This document shows positions 38,158-47,109 of a stretch of DNA of 64,000 nt, one piece after another. Made by a program: the position numbers and the translations under genes. The DNA comes from Stellaceae bacterium (GTDB lineage Bacteria > Pseudomonadota > Alphaproteobacteria > ATCC43930 > CGMCC-115725). The notes under the pieces were generated by a model. It was not told the DNA's origin, searched no databases, and worked only from the letters and a program-made list of their open reading frames with translations. How positions within the stretch are numbered: the stretch's first letter is position 1; the number at the start of each line of letters is the position of its first letter. The stretch lies in NCBI GenBank assembly GCA_035934235.1, contig DASYYB010000027.1, forward strand, positions 32,079 through 96,078. The letters are read 5' to 3'.

Positions 38158-39780
38158 ATGCGGCGGCTGCGGCTCCGCTTCCGCGCGCGTTGGCGTCTGT
38201 CGCCGCTCACGCGCCGCATCTTGACGGTCAACGTCCTGACGCTCGCGCTGCTCGGCGTCGGCGTCCTTTATCTCGGCGAGTATCAGGACAGCCTCGTCAC
38301 CGCGAACATCGAATCGCTCAAGACCCAGGCCGAGATTTTCGCCGCGGCGCTCGGCGAGGGCGCCGTCGATCAGCAACGCGCCTCGTTCAAGCTCGATCCG
38401 CAGCTCGCGCGCGAAATGATGCGGCGGCTGGTCGAGCCGACCAAGACGCGGGCGCGCCTGTTCGACGAGCGCGGCAAGCTCGTCGCCGACACCAATATCC
38501 TCGAAGGCCCCGGCGGCACCGTGCAGGTCAGCCAGCTGGCGGCGCCGGACGCGAGCCTCACCGACCGGATCACCGATGCGGTCTATGGTGCGGTCGTCAG
38601 CGTCTTCCCCTGGCAGCAGGACTTTCCGCGCTATGTCGAGCCGACCACCGACAACGCCGATTCGTATCCTGACGCCGTGCACGCGCTCGCCGGCGACGTC
38701 GCGCAAAGCGTACGGGCGCGCGGCAACAACGGCTTGATCCTCACGGTCGCGGTGCCGGTGCAGCATTACCGCAAGGTTCTGGGCGCGGTGCAGCTGTCGA
38801 TCGGCAGCCGCGATATCGAAAAGGCGATCCGCTCGGTCCGGATCGAGTTCATCAAGGTCTTCCTCGCCGCGCTCGGCATCACGGTTCTCCTGTCGATCTA
38901 CCTTGCTGGCACGATCGCGCGGCCGATCCGACGCCTCGCGGCGGCCGCCGAATCCGTCCGGCGCCGTCCGGTGCGCGAGGCCGCGATCCCCGATCTCACC
39001 GGCCGGCACGACGAGATCGGCGATCTCTCGGGCGCGCTCCGGGAAATGACGGCCGCGCTGTGGCAGCGCGTCGGTGCGATCGAGCGTTTCGCCGCCGATG
39101 TCGCGCACGAGATCAAGAATCCGCTGACGTCGCTCAAAAGCGCGATCGAAACCGCCAGCCGGCTCAACGATCGCGAGAAGGAACGCAAGCTGCTTGCGCT
39201 CGTGCTCGAGGACGTGATGCGTCTCGATCGCCTGATTACCGACATTTCCGACGCCTCACGGCTCGATGCCGATCTGGCGCGCGACGAGTTCGCACCCGTG
39301 CCGCTCGGCAAGCTGCTGGCGACCTTGGTTCAAGTGCACGAGGCCGCGGCCAAAGACGATTCGCCGCGGCTGTTGCTGTCGTTACCGGGCGAGCCCGGAA
39401 CGCCGGCCGGCGATCTGCCGGTACCCGGCATCGAAGGCCGGCTCGTCCAAGTGTTCCGCAATCTCATCGCCAACGCGATCTCGTTCAGCCCACCCGGCAG
39501 CGCAATCCGGATCGCGGCGCGACGCGACGGCCGGGACGTCGTGGTGACGATCGACGATCAAGGGCCCGGCATTCCCGAAGGCAAATTCGCCGCGATCTTC
39601 GAGCGCTTCTATTCCGAGCGGCCGGCCGGCGAAAAATTCGGCACCCATTCCGGTCTCGGCCTGTCGATCTCGAAGCAGGTCGTCGAAAATCATCGCGGCC
39701 AGATTCGGGCCGAAAACCGCACGGACGATCGCAATCAGGTGCTGGGCGCGCGCTTCACCGTCCGGCTGCCGGCGGCCTAG
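38158..39780 (+). CDS. chvG: sensor histidine kinase ChvG/ExoS-like
   Basis: From ORF 37978..39780. I start at ATG 38158 (MRRLRLRFRARWRLSPLTRRILTVNVLTLALLGVGVLYLG); an alternative ATG lies at 38071. It has two TM segments, a HAMP region, the H-box FAADVAHEIKNPLTSL, an N-box FRNLIANAISFSP, and G-boxes DDQGPGIP and GLGLSISKQ. Confidence 0.85.
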   Translation: MRRLRLRFRARWRLSPLTRRILTVNVLTLALLGVGVLYLGEYQDSLVTANIESLKTQAEIFAAALGEGAVDQQRASFKLDPQLAREMMRRLVEPTKTRARLFDERGKLVADTNILEGPGGTVQVSQLAAPDASLTDRITDAVYGAVVSVFPWQQDFPRYVEPTTDNADSYPDAVHALAGDVAQSVRARGNNGLILTVAVPVQHYRKVLGAVQLSIGSRDIEKAIRSVRIEFIKVFLAALGITVLLSIYLAGTIARPIRRLAAAAESVRRRPVREAAIPDLTGRHDEIGDLSGALREMTAALWQRVGAIERFAADVAHEIKNPLTSLKSAIETASRLNDREKERKLLALVLEDVMRLDRLITDISDASRLDADLARDEFAPVPLGKLLATLVQVHEAAAKDDSPRLLLSLPGEPGTPAGDLPVPGIEGRLVQVFRNLIANAISFSPPGSAIRIAARRDGRDVVVTIDDQGPGIPEGKFAAIFERFYSERPAGEKFGTHSGLGLSISKQVVENHRGQIRAENRTDDRNQVLGARFTVRLPAA

Positions 39781-39945
39781 GCCGCGGCTGATATTGCCCT
39801 GCAACATGGTGGGCTTCGGCGGGTGGTTTTGACCGTCGGAATCTAGAAATATCTGTTTCTTTTCAACGCCTAGGGAACTGTCAACGGTTTGGTGCACTGC
39901 CACACCATTGACATTGAAAGCGCCCCGGCGCACCTAAAGCGCCCA

Positions 39946-40398
39946 ATGCAATTGGTCCATGGCACGGCGGTGCGGTTGGGGCAGGCAGGCGTACTTCTGC
40001 GCGGCCCGTCCGGCAGCGGTAAATCCGATTTGGCGCTTCGCTTGATCGAAGCGGGCGCGTCCCTGATTGCCGACGATCAGGTCGCGCTGGCGCTCGACAA
40101 CGCGGAGGTCTGGCTGAGTGCGCCGCCGGCCATCGCCGGCATGATCGAGGCGCGCGGCGTCGGCATCCTTCGCCTGCCGCGGGCGCCACGCGCCGCCTTG
40201 CGCCTGGTGTGCGATCTGGTGCCGCGCGACCAGGTTGAACGTCTGCCGGAGCGTGGCGACTGCACGTTGCTCGGCGTGACGGTGCCGCGACTGGCGCTGT
40301 GCGCCTTCGACGCTTCGGCGCCGGCCAAGCTTCGCTTCGCGTTGCGGGCGGTGACCGGCGAAGCCATTGCCACCGAGCCGCTGTCGGTCCAGCCGTGA
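39946..40398 (+). CDS. hprK: HPr kinase/phosphorylase, short alphaproteobacterial form
   Basis: 150 aa. MQLVHGTAV..G.GVLLRGPSGSGKSDLALRLI..GA.L.ADD is the P-loop core, and IEARGVGI is also present. It lacks the N-terminal domain of the firmicute enzyme, as is known for alphaproteobacteria. Confidence 0.9.
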   Translation: MQLVHGTAVRLGQAGVLLRGPSGSGKSDLALRLIEAGASLIADDQVALALDNAEVWLSAPPAIAGMIEARGVGILRLPRAPRAALRLVCDLVPRDQVERLPERGDCTLLGVTVPRLALCAFDASAPAKLRFALRAVTGEAIATEPLSVQP

Positions 40399-41321
40399 CG
40401 CCCAATTCCGTCCGTACGCGTCTTCTGGTGGTGACCGGCTTGTCGGGCGCGGGACGTTCGACCGCGCTCAAGGCGCTCGAGGACATGGGGTACGAGGCGG
40501 TCGACAATTTGCCGCTGTCGCTGCTGCCCAGCCTGATCGGCCCGCGTGCCGCGATGGCGCCGCTGGCGATCGGCGTCGATGTGCGCACGCGCGACTTTGC
40601 GGTCCCGTCGCTGGTCAAGGCGCTGGACGAGCTGACCGCCGGCCGGGCAATCGATCTCAAGCTGCTGTTCCTCGATTGCGATGACGATCATCTCGAGCGG
40701 CGCTTCACCGAGACCCGGCGGCGGCATCCGCTGGCGCTGGAACGGCCGGTCGCCGACGGCATCCGGCTCGAGCGTCAGCGCGTCTGGCCGCTGCGCGACC
40801 GCGCCGACCTCGTGATCGATACCAGCGCCCTGGCGCCGGGCGATCTCAAGCGCTTGCTGCAAGGCCATTTCGCTTTGACGTCACAGCCCGGCGTCACCGT
40901 CGCGGTGACGTCGTTTTCGTATCGTCATGGTCTGCCGCGCGACGCCGACCTGGTCTTCGACATGCGCTTCCTGCGCAATCCGCATTACGTGCCGGCGTTG
41001 CAGCCGCTATCGGGCCGCGATCGCGCCGTCGCCGCCTTCATCGAGGCCGATCCCGATTTTGCACCCCGCTTCGAGGAAATGGCCGGGTGGCTCGACCACC
41101 TGCTGCCGCGCTACGAAGCCGAGGGCAAAAGCTATCTCACCATCGCCATCGGCTGTACCGGCGGCCGTCATCGCTCGGTCTACGTCGCCGAGCGGTTGGC
41201 GGCGCGGCTTGCGGCCGATGGGCGGCGCATCGCCCTGATGCATCGCGATCTCAACCGGCCGGGCGAAGCCGGCCCGCATCCCGCCGAGCTGCCGGCGCCT
41301 CCCGTGAAGGATATTGCATGA
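40395..41321 (+). CDS. rapZ: RNase adapter protein RapZ (YhbJ-family P-loop ATPase)
   Basis: The GTG overlaps the hprK stop (GTGA). Motifs: LLVVTGLSGAGRSTALKALEDMGYEAVDNLP, RFLRNPHY and IAIGCTGGRHRSVYVAERL. Confidence 0.9.
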   Translation: MTPNSVRTRLLVVTGLSGAGRSTALKALEDMGYEAVDNLPLSLLPSLIGPRAAMAPLAIGVDVRTRDFAVPSLVKALDELTAGRAIDLKLLFLDCDDDHLERRFTETRRRHPLALERPVADGIRLERQRVWPLRDRADLVIDTSALAPGDLKRLLQGHFALTSQPGVTVAVTSFSYRHGLPRDADLVFDMRFLRNPHYVPALQPLSGRDRAVAAFIEADPDFAPRFEEMAGWLDHLLPRYEAEGKSYLTIAIGCTGGRHRSVYVAERLAARLAADGRRIALMHRDLNRPGEAGPHPAELPAPPVKDIA

Positions 41322-41722
41322 TCGGTATGGTTCTCGTGACGCATGGCCGTTTGGCGGCGGAGTTCATCGCCGCGCTCGAGCACGTCGTCGGTCCGCAGCG
41401 CAACATCGCCGCTATCTGTATCGGCCCGGAAGACGACATGGAGAAGCGGCGTCAGGACATCCTCCGGTCGGTCGAGGAAGTCGGCAGCGGCGACGGCGTC
41501 GTGCTGCTGACCGACATGTTCGGCGGCACGCCCTCGAATCTGGCGATTTCGATCATGGACAAGGCCAAGGTCGAGGTCATTGCCGGCGTCAATTTGCCGA
41601 TGCTGATCAAGCTCGCGAGCCTGCGTCAGACCGAATCGCTGGCCGACGCGGTGCGCGGCGCGCAGGAAGCCGGCCGCAAATACATCAACGTTGCCTCGCA
41701 GCTTCTGGCCGACGTCCGCTGA
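41318..41722 (+). CDS. manX: PTS EIIA component, mannose/fructose family
   Basis: The ATG overlaps the rapZ stop (ATGA). MIGMVLVTHGRLA carries the active-site His, and VLLLTDMFGGTPSN is also present. 134 aa. Confidence 0.85.
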   Translation: MIGMVLVTHGRLAAEFIAALEHVVGPQRNIAAICIGPEDDMEKRRQDILRSVEEVGSGDGVVLLTDMFGGTPSNLAISIMDKAKVEVIAGVNLPMLIKLASLRQTESLADAVRGAQEAGRKYINVASQLLADVR

Positions 41723-42024
41723 TGGCGGAGTCGGCCGCCGGCGCCGCCGCGCCCGCCCAAGTCAACCGCTCCGTCACCATCTGCAATCAACGCGGGCTGC
41801 ACGCGCGCGCCGCCGCCCGCTTCGTCAAACTCGCTTTCGAATACGACGCCGAGATCACCGTCACGAAAGCCGGCGCATCGGTCTCCGGCCGGTCTATCAT
41901 GGGCCTGATGATGCTCGCCGCGGGCCCCGGCAGCGTCGTCGACTTGAGCGCCACCGGGCCCGATGCCGCGCGCGCGATCGACGCGCTCGTGGCGCTGATC
42001 ACTGGCGGCTTCAATGAGGACTGA
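41722..42024 (+). CDS. ptsH: HPr-family phosphocarrier protein (HPr/NPr)
   Basis: The ATG shares one base with the EIIA stop (TGATG). CNQRGLHARAAARFVKLA carries the His-15 equivalent. VSGRSIMGLMMLAA carries the Ser-46 equivalent targeted by HprK. Confidence 0.9.
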   Translation: MAESAAGAAAPAQVNRSVTICNQRGLHARAAARFVKLAFEYDAEITVTKAGASVSGRSIMGLMMLAAGPGSVVDLSATGPDAARAIDALVALITGGFNED

Positions 42025-43783
42025 CGGCGGACACGGCGAACGGCGGCTGCAAGGTCTCGGGATCGCGCCCGGGATCGCCATCGGCCGCGCCTTCATCAGC
42101 GACAGTGGCGCGATCGCGGTTCCGGAACGCCGCATCGAGCCGGCGGAGGTCGAAGGCGAGCAGAAGCGTTTCGCCCAGGCCGTCGAAATCGCGATCAAGC
42201 AGCTCAAGAAGCTCAAGACCAAGGCGGTGGCGCTGCCCGGCACGGCCGCGGAGGAGATGGGCTATCTCCTCGACGCGCATCTCGCGATGCTGACGCGCTC
42301 GCGTTTCGTCCGCGGCGTCGAGCGCCGCATCGTCGAGGACCGGGTCAATGCCGAGCGCGCGGTGGCGCTCGAAATCGAGGGCATGGGCGAAAGCTTCGCG
42401 GCGATGGGCGATGCCTATCTTGCGGCGCGGATCGAGGATGTTCGCGTGGTCGGGCAGCGGTTGCTCCGTAACCTGACCAAGACGCCGTACGCCACGTTCA
42501 AGTCGCTCGCCGAAGGCACCATTGTGTTGGCCGAGGAGCTGAGCCCGGCCGATATCGCCTTGATGGATCCAAAGCAGGTCAAAGGCTTCGCCAGCGTGCT
42601 CGGCGGTGCCGAGGGCCACACCGCAATCATGGCGCGGGCGCTCGGCATCCCGGCGGTGCTCGGCATCACCGACCTGCTCAAGGATGCGGCGCCGGGCGAC
42701 GTCGTGGCGCTCGATGGCAGCACCGGCGAGGTCGTGCTGCGGCCGAGCGCCGCGACCCACACGCGGTTCGAGAAACGCCGCGTGGCGATCGAACGCGCCG
42801 GCCGCGGCCTGGCGCGGCTCAAGCGCCTGCCTGCCGAAACCCGCGACGGCGCCGAAATCGTGCTCCAGGCTAATCTCGAGCTGCCGCGCGAGATCGGCCA
42901 GGCACTCTCCGTTGGCGCCCAGGGTCTCGGCCTGGTGCGAACCGAATTCCTTTACATGAATCGCGACGACCTGCCAGACGAAGACGAGCAGTACGCCTCC
43001 TATCTCGAACTGGTTCGCGGCATGGACGGCAAGCCCGTGACGCTTCGAACGCTCGACATCGGCGGCGACAAGCTGGCGGCGCCGCTTGCCGAGCTGATGG
43101 AGGGCGAAGGCAACAATCCCGCGCTCGGGTTGCGCGCCATCCGGCTGTCGCTCAAGGAGCGCAGCCTGCTCGACGCCCAGTTCGCCGCCATGGTGCGCGC
43201 CGCCGCGCACGGCCCGGTGCGCATCCTGCTGCCGATGATTTCGAGCGTCGGCGAGGTCCGTGCCGCACGCGAGTATCTCGCGCAGGTCGCGCGGCGCCTC
43301 AAGCGGCGCGGCGTGCGTGTGCCCGACGAGTTGCCGCCGTTGGGCGTGATGATCGAAATTCCCGGCGCGGCGCTGGCCGCCGACGCCATGGCGGCCGCCG
43401 CCGATTTCTTCGCCATCGGCACTAATGACCTGATCCAATATGCGCTGGCGGTCGATCGCGGCGACGAGCGCGTCGCCTATTTGCACAATCCGCTGCATCC
43501 GGCGGTGTTGCGGCTGATCCAGTTCGCCGTCGAGGCGGCGCTGCGCGCCCAGATCCCGATCAGCCTGTGCGGCGAGATGGCTGGCGATCCGCGCTACACC
43601 GCGCTGCTCCTCGGGCTCGGCATCCGGGATCTGTCGATGGCGCCCGCCAACGTGCCGCGCGTCAAGCAGCGCATTCGCGCCATGGACCTGACGGCGGCGA
43701 CTCAGCGCGCGCGTGCGATCATGGATCAGCTCGACGACGCCCGTATCGCCAGCCTGCTCGACGATTTCAACGAGCTCGCCTGA
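42014..43783 (+). CDS. ptsI: phosphoenolpyruvate-protein phosphotransferase (Enzyme I, no GAF domain)
   Basis: 589 aa, overlapping the end of ptsH by 11 nt. LGGAEGHTAIMARALGIPAVLG carries the active-site His. Other motifs: GLVRTEFLY, LRTLDIGGDK and FFAIGTNDLIQY. The N-terminus goes straight into the EI HPr-binding domain, with no GAF domain as found in PtsP. Confidence 0.9.
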   Translation: MRTDGGHGERRLQGLGIAPGIAIGRAFISDSGAIAVPERRIEPAEVEGEQKRFAQAVEIAIKQLKKLKTKAVALPGTAAEEMGYLLDAHLAMLTRSRFVRGVERRIVEDRVNAERAVALEIEGMGESFAAMGDAYLAARIEDVRVVGQRLLRNLTKTPYATFKSLAEGTIVLAEELSPADIALMDPKQVKGFASVLGGAEGHTAIMARALGIPAVLGITDLLKDAAPGDVVALDGSTGEVVLRPSAATHTRFEKRRVAIERAGRGLARLKRLPAETRDGAEIVLQANLELPREIGQALSVGAQGLGLVRTEFLYMNRDDLPDEDEQYASYLELVRGMDGKPVTLRTLDIGGDKLAAPLAELMEGEGNNPALGLRAIRLSLKERSLLDAQFAAMVRAAAHGPVRILLPMISSVGEVRAAREYLAQVARRLKRRGVRVPDELPPLGVMIEIPGAALAADAMAAAADFFAIGTNDLIQYALAVDRGDERVAYLHNPLHPAVLRLIQFAVEAALRAQIPISLCGEMAGDPRYTALLLGLGIRDLSMAPANVPRVKQRIRAMDLTAATQRARAIMDQLDDARIASLLDDFNELA

Positions 43784-43801
43784 AATTGGCCGGACGCGGC
43801 G

Positions 43802-44812
43802 CTAACGCGCCGGCACGCCGGTCATGGTCGAATATTCGAAGTGCAGCGCCTCGCCGGGATGGACGAGCGGAAAGATCGCGCGCGCCGCCAGCGCCGCTTC
43901 GGCGAAACCCGACAGGATCAGCTTGAGCTTGCCGGGATAATGCGCCACGTCGCCGACCGCGAAGATGCCCGGCTGCGAGGTGGCGCAGGTTGACGGCGCG
44001 ACCGTGAGGTGGTGGCGTTCGAGTGCTAGGCCCCATTGCGCGATCGGTCCGAGGTCGGTCGCGAGACCGAAAAACGGCAGTAGCACGTCGGCCGGTAGAG
44101 TTCGCTCCTTGCCGTCGAGATTGGTGACGATCACGGCGCGTAATTGGCCATCGGCGCCGTCGAGCGCCTGAAGCTGGCACGGCGTCACCAGCTCGATCGT
44201 TCCCGCCTCGGCCAGCGCTTCGAGCCGCGCGACGCTTTCGGGCGCGGCGCGGAACTTGGCGCGGCGATGCACCACCATCACCTTTGCGGCGATCTCGGCG
44301 AGCGACAGCGCCCAATCGACCGCCGAATCGCCGCCGCCGGCGATGACCACGCGCTTGCCGCGGAAATTCTCGCGCCGGCTCACCAGGTAGAACACGCTTT
44401 TGCCTTCATAGCGCTCGATGCCGGCGAGTGGCGGCCGGTTGGGGCCGAAGGCGCCGGCGCCGGCGGCGATGATCACCGCCCGCGCCGCGACACTCGTACC
44501 GTCTGCGGTCCGCAGGGCGAAGCCGTCCTTGTGTGGCGTCAGCGCGGCTACCGGATGGCCCAGGCGGTATTCGGGCACGAACGGCGCTGCCTGCTCGACC
44601 AGCTTGTGCACGAGTTCCTGCGCTGCGATGCGCGGATAGCCGGGAATGTCGTAAATCGGCTTCTCGGGATAAAGCGCCGCGCACTGGCCGCCGGGCGCTT
44701 CAAGGGCGTCGATGACGCAGCAGCGCATTTTCAGCATGCCGCACTCGAACACCGCGAAAAGCCCGACCGGCCCCGCGCCGACGATTGCGACATCCGTTGC
44801 GGTTTCCGTCAT
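43802..44812 (-). CDS. thioredoxin-reductase-like ferredoxin-NADP(+) reductase
   Basis: I start at MTETATDVAIVGAGPVGLFAVFECGM (ATG 44812). Motifs: GGQCAALYPEKPIYDIPGYP, VVIAGGGDSAVDWA and IFAVGDVA. Confidence 0.85.
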   Translation of the reverse strand: MTETATDVAIVGAGPVGLFAVFECGMLKMRCCVIDALEAPGGQCAALYPEKPIYDIPGYPRIAAQELVHKLVEQAAPFVPEYRLGHPVAALTPHKDGFALRTADGTSVAARAVIIAAGAGAFGPNRPPLAGIERYEGKSVFYLVSRRENFRGKRVVIAGGGDSAVDWALSLAEIAAKVMVVHRRAKFRAAPESVARLEALAEAGTIELVTPCQLQALDGADGQLRAVIVTNLDGKERTLPADVLLPFFGLATDLGPIAQWGLALERHHLTVAPSTCATSQPGIFAVGDVAHYPGKLKLILSGFAEAALAARAIFPLVHPGEALHFEYSTMTGVPAR

Positions 44813-44891
44813 CGTGCGTACCATGCAGGCGCGCCGCGAACGGCGCAACCCCGCGGTTGCGGCGCGGAAAGCCGCAGCCTAAAACAACGCC

Positions 44892-45374
44892 GTGGGTGGA
44901 GGTGCCGCGCTTGTTCTTGCCTTGGCCAACGAGGCCGCGACCGGCCGGTTCGCCGCGCGTCTCGCGCGCCTGGCGCGGCGGGGCGACGTGATCGCGCTCC
45001 ACGGCGAACTGGGCAGCGGCAAGACGACCTTCGCCCGCGCCTTCATCCGCGCGCGCCTCGGCGAGTCGCTCGAAGTGCCGAGTCCGACTTTCACACTGGT
45101 CGAGATCTATGGTGGCGGTGGCTCGGCGCCGGCAATCTGGCATTTCGACCTGTTTCGCCTGAACGGCGCGGACGAGGCGCGCGAGCTCGGTTTCGAAGAG
45201 GCACTGGCCGACGATATCAGCCTGATCGAATGGCCCGAGCGCCTGGGGCCGCTGCTGCCGGCCGAACGGCTGGCGCTCACCTTCGCCGCCGGTCCGACGC
45301 CCGAATCGCGCAGCCTGACGGTGCAGCCGTCGGCGTCCTGGCACGACCGAATCGGGGAGCTGTCCGATGGTTGA
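44892..45374 (+). CDS. tsaE: tRNA threonylcarbamoyladenosine biosynthesis ATPase TsaE
   Basis: 160 aa. LHGELGSGKTTFARAF is the P-loop. SPTFTLV..Y, H.D.FRL and EWPE are the YjeE/TsaE motifs. Confidence 0.9.
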   Translation: MGGGAALVLALANEAATGRFAARLARLARRGDVIALHGELGSGKTTFARAFIRARLGESLEVPSPTFTLVEIYGGGGSAPAIWHFDLFRLNGADEARELGFEEALADDISLIEWPERLGPLLPAERLALTFAAGPTPESRSLTVQPSASWHDRIGELSDG

Positions 45375-46389
45375 ACGCGCGGTGTTGATCGAACGGTTTC
45401 TCGACCAGGCGGGCTGGGGCGACGCCAAGTATGCGCCGTTGCCGGGCGATGCCTCGTTCCGGCGCTATGTCCGACTGCATGGTTCCGACAAGCGCACGGC
45501 GATGCTGATGGATGCGCCGCCGCCGCAGGAAAACGTCCGGCCCTACCTGGCGGTGGCGCGGCTGCTGCGTCGCCTGGGTCTCGGCGCGCCGGCGATCTAT
45601 GGCCAGGACGCCGAGAACGGCCTGCTGCTGATCGAGGATCTGGGCGACGACACCTATACGCGGCTGCTGGCGAACGGCGAGTCCGAGGAATCGCTCTATG
45701 CGCTTGCGGTCGACGTGCTGATCGCACTGCGGCGGCGGTTCACCGCTAAGGAAATGAAAGAAGCGAAGTTCCTTGCGCCCTACGACGACCAGCGGCTCCT
45801 CGACGAGGTGGCGCTGCTGGTCGATTGGTATTGGCCGGCCATCGCCGGGGGGGCCGTCGATCCAGCGTTGCGCGCGGAATATCTGGCGCTCTGGCAAGCG
45901 GCACTGCCGGCGGCGCACAAGTTGCCGGCGACACTGGTGCTGCGCGACTTTCATGTCGACAATCTGATGCGCGTGCGCAATCGCGACGGCCTGCTCGAAT
46001 GCGGCGTCATCGATTTCCAGGACGCGGTGATCGGCTCGCCGAGCTACGATCTGGTCTCATTGCTCGAGGATGCGCGGCGCGACGTGACCGCCGATCTTGC
46101 CGCGCGCATGAAGCAGCGTTATCTCGGCGCGTTTACCGAACTCGATCACGCCGCGTTCGACGCGTCGTATGCGATCCTCGGCGCGCAGCGCAGCGCCAAG
46201 ATCGTCGGCATCTTCACGCGGCTTTGCGTACGCGACGGCAAGCCGCAATATCTCGCGCACATTCCGCGCGTCTGGCGCATCCTTCAGCGAGGCCTGCAAC
46301 ATCCGGCGCTGGCGCCGATGGCGGCCTGGATGGCGCGTCACATTCCCGAGGCCGAACGCAAAATTCCCCCATGCCGTCCCGCCGCGTGA
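45367..46389 (+). CDS. amgK: aminoglycoside-phosphotransferase-fold sugar kinase (AmgK-like MurNAc/GlcNAc kinase)
   Basis: 340 aa. Motifs: LPGDASFRRYVRL, LIEDLGD, the catalytic loop LRDFHVDNLM and IDFQDA. It is followed by a murU-like gene, as in the known AmgK-MurU recycling pair. Confidence 0.8.
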   Translation: MVERAVLIERFLDQAGWGDAKYAPLPGDASFRRYVRLHGSDKRTAMLMDAPPPQENVRPYLAVARLLRRLGLGAPAIYGQDAENGLLLIEDLGDDTYTRLLANGESEESLYALAVDVLIALRRRFTAKEMKEAKFLAPYDDQRLLDEVALLVDWYWPAIAGGAVDPALRAEYLALWQAALPAAHKLPATLVLRDFHVDNLMRVRNRDGLLECGVIDFQDAVIGSPSYDLVSLLEDARRDVTADLAARMKQRYLGAFTELDHAAFDASYAILGAQRSAKIVGIFTRLCVRDGKPQYLAHIPRVWRILQRGLQHPALAPMAAWMARHIPEAERKIPPCRPAA

Positions 46390-47105
46390 ACGTTCCCGAC
46401 AGCGCGATTGTGTTGGCCGCCGGGCGCGGCAAGCGCATGGGTACGCTCACTGACCAAACGCCCAAGCCGCTGATCCGGGTCGAGGGCCGCGCGCTGATCG
46501 ATCATGTGCTCGATCGGCTCGCCGCCGCCGGCGTCAAGCGCGTCGTCGTCAACCTCCATTACATGGGCGACGCCATCGCCGCGCATCTGGCGCATCGGCA
46601 CGACATCGCTATCGAATTCTCGCGCGAGGCCGAAGCGCTCGAAACCGGCGGCGGCGTGGTGAAGGCGTTGCCGCTGCTGGACGAAATTTTCTACATCCTC
46701 AACGCCGACGTTTTCTGGGTCGATGGCGCGACGATGGCGCTGCGCCAATTGGCAGCCGGATTCGACCTCGCACGCGACGACGCGCTGTTGCTGATGCAGC
46801 CGACGGCGCGCGCTGCCGGATACGACGGGCGCGGCGATTTCATGGTCGATCCCGCCGGAATCGTGCGCCGGCGCCGCGAGACCGAGGTCGTGCCGTTCGT
46901 CTTCGCCGGCATCGAAATCGCGCACCGCCGCCTGTTCGACGCCGCGCCCGCCGGCGCCTTTTCGATCAACCGGCTGTGGGATCGGGCGATCGACAACGGC
47001 CGTTTGCGCGGCCTGGTCCACGACGGCGAGTGGTATCACGTCGGCACGCCGCAGGGCCTGGCCTTGGCCGATGCGCGCGTTCACCTGAACGGGCACGAAC
47101 GCTAG
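46371..47105 (+). CDS. murU: nucleotidyltransferase (MurU-like N-acetylmuramate-1-phosphate uridylyltransferase)
   Basis: ATG 46371 overlaps the end of amgK by 19 nt. AIVLAAGRGKRMG.LTD..PKPLI is the sugar-nucleotidyltransferase signature. 244 aa. Confidence 0.85.
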   Translation: MPSRRVNVPDSAIVLAAGRGKRMGTLTDQTPKPLIRVEGRALIDHVLDRLAAAGVKRVVVNLHYMGDAIAAHLAHRHDIAIEFSREAEALETGGGVVKALPLLDEIFYILNADVFWVDGATMALRQLAAGFDLARDDALLLMQPTARAAGYDGRGDFMVDPAGIVRRRRETEVVPFVFAGIEIAHRRLFDAAPAGAFSINRLWDRAIDNGRLRGLVHDGEWYHVGTPQGLALADARVHLNGHER

Positions 47106-47109
47106 CCGC

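Noticed and set aside
39908-39936. TTGACA-N17-CACCTA upstream of hprK, and TTGACC-N17-CTAAGC at 53545..53573 upstream of trxA, considered as sigma70-type promoters.
   Set aside because: The -35 boxes are good but the -10 boxes are poor. The hprK candidate would leave almost no leader. This cannot be supported without transcript-start data, so I did not list either as a feature.
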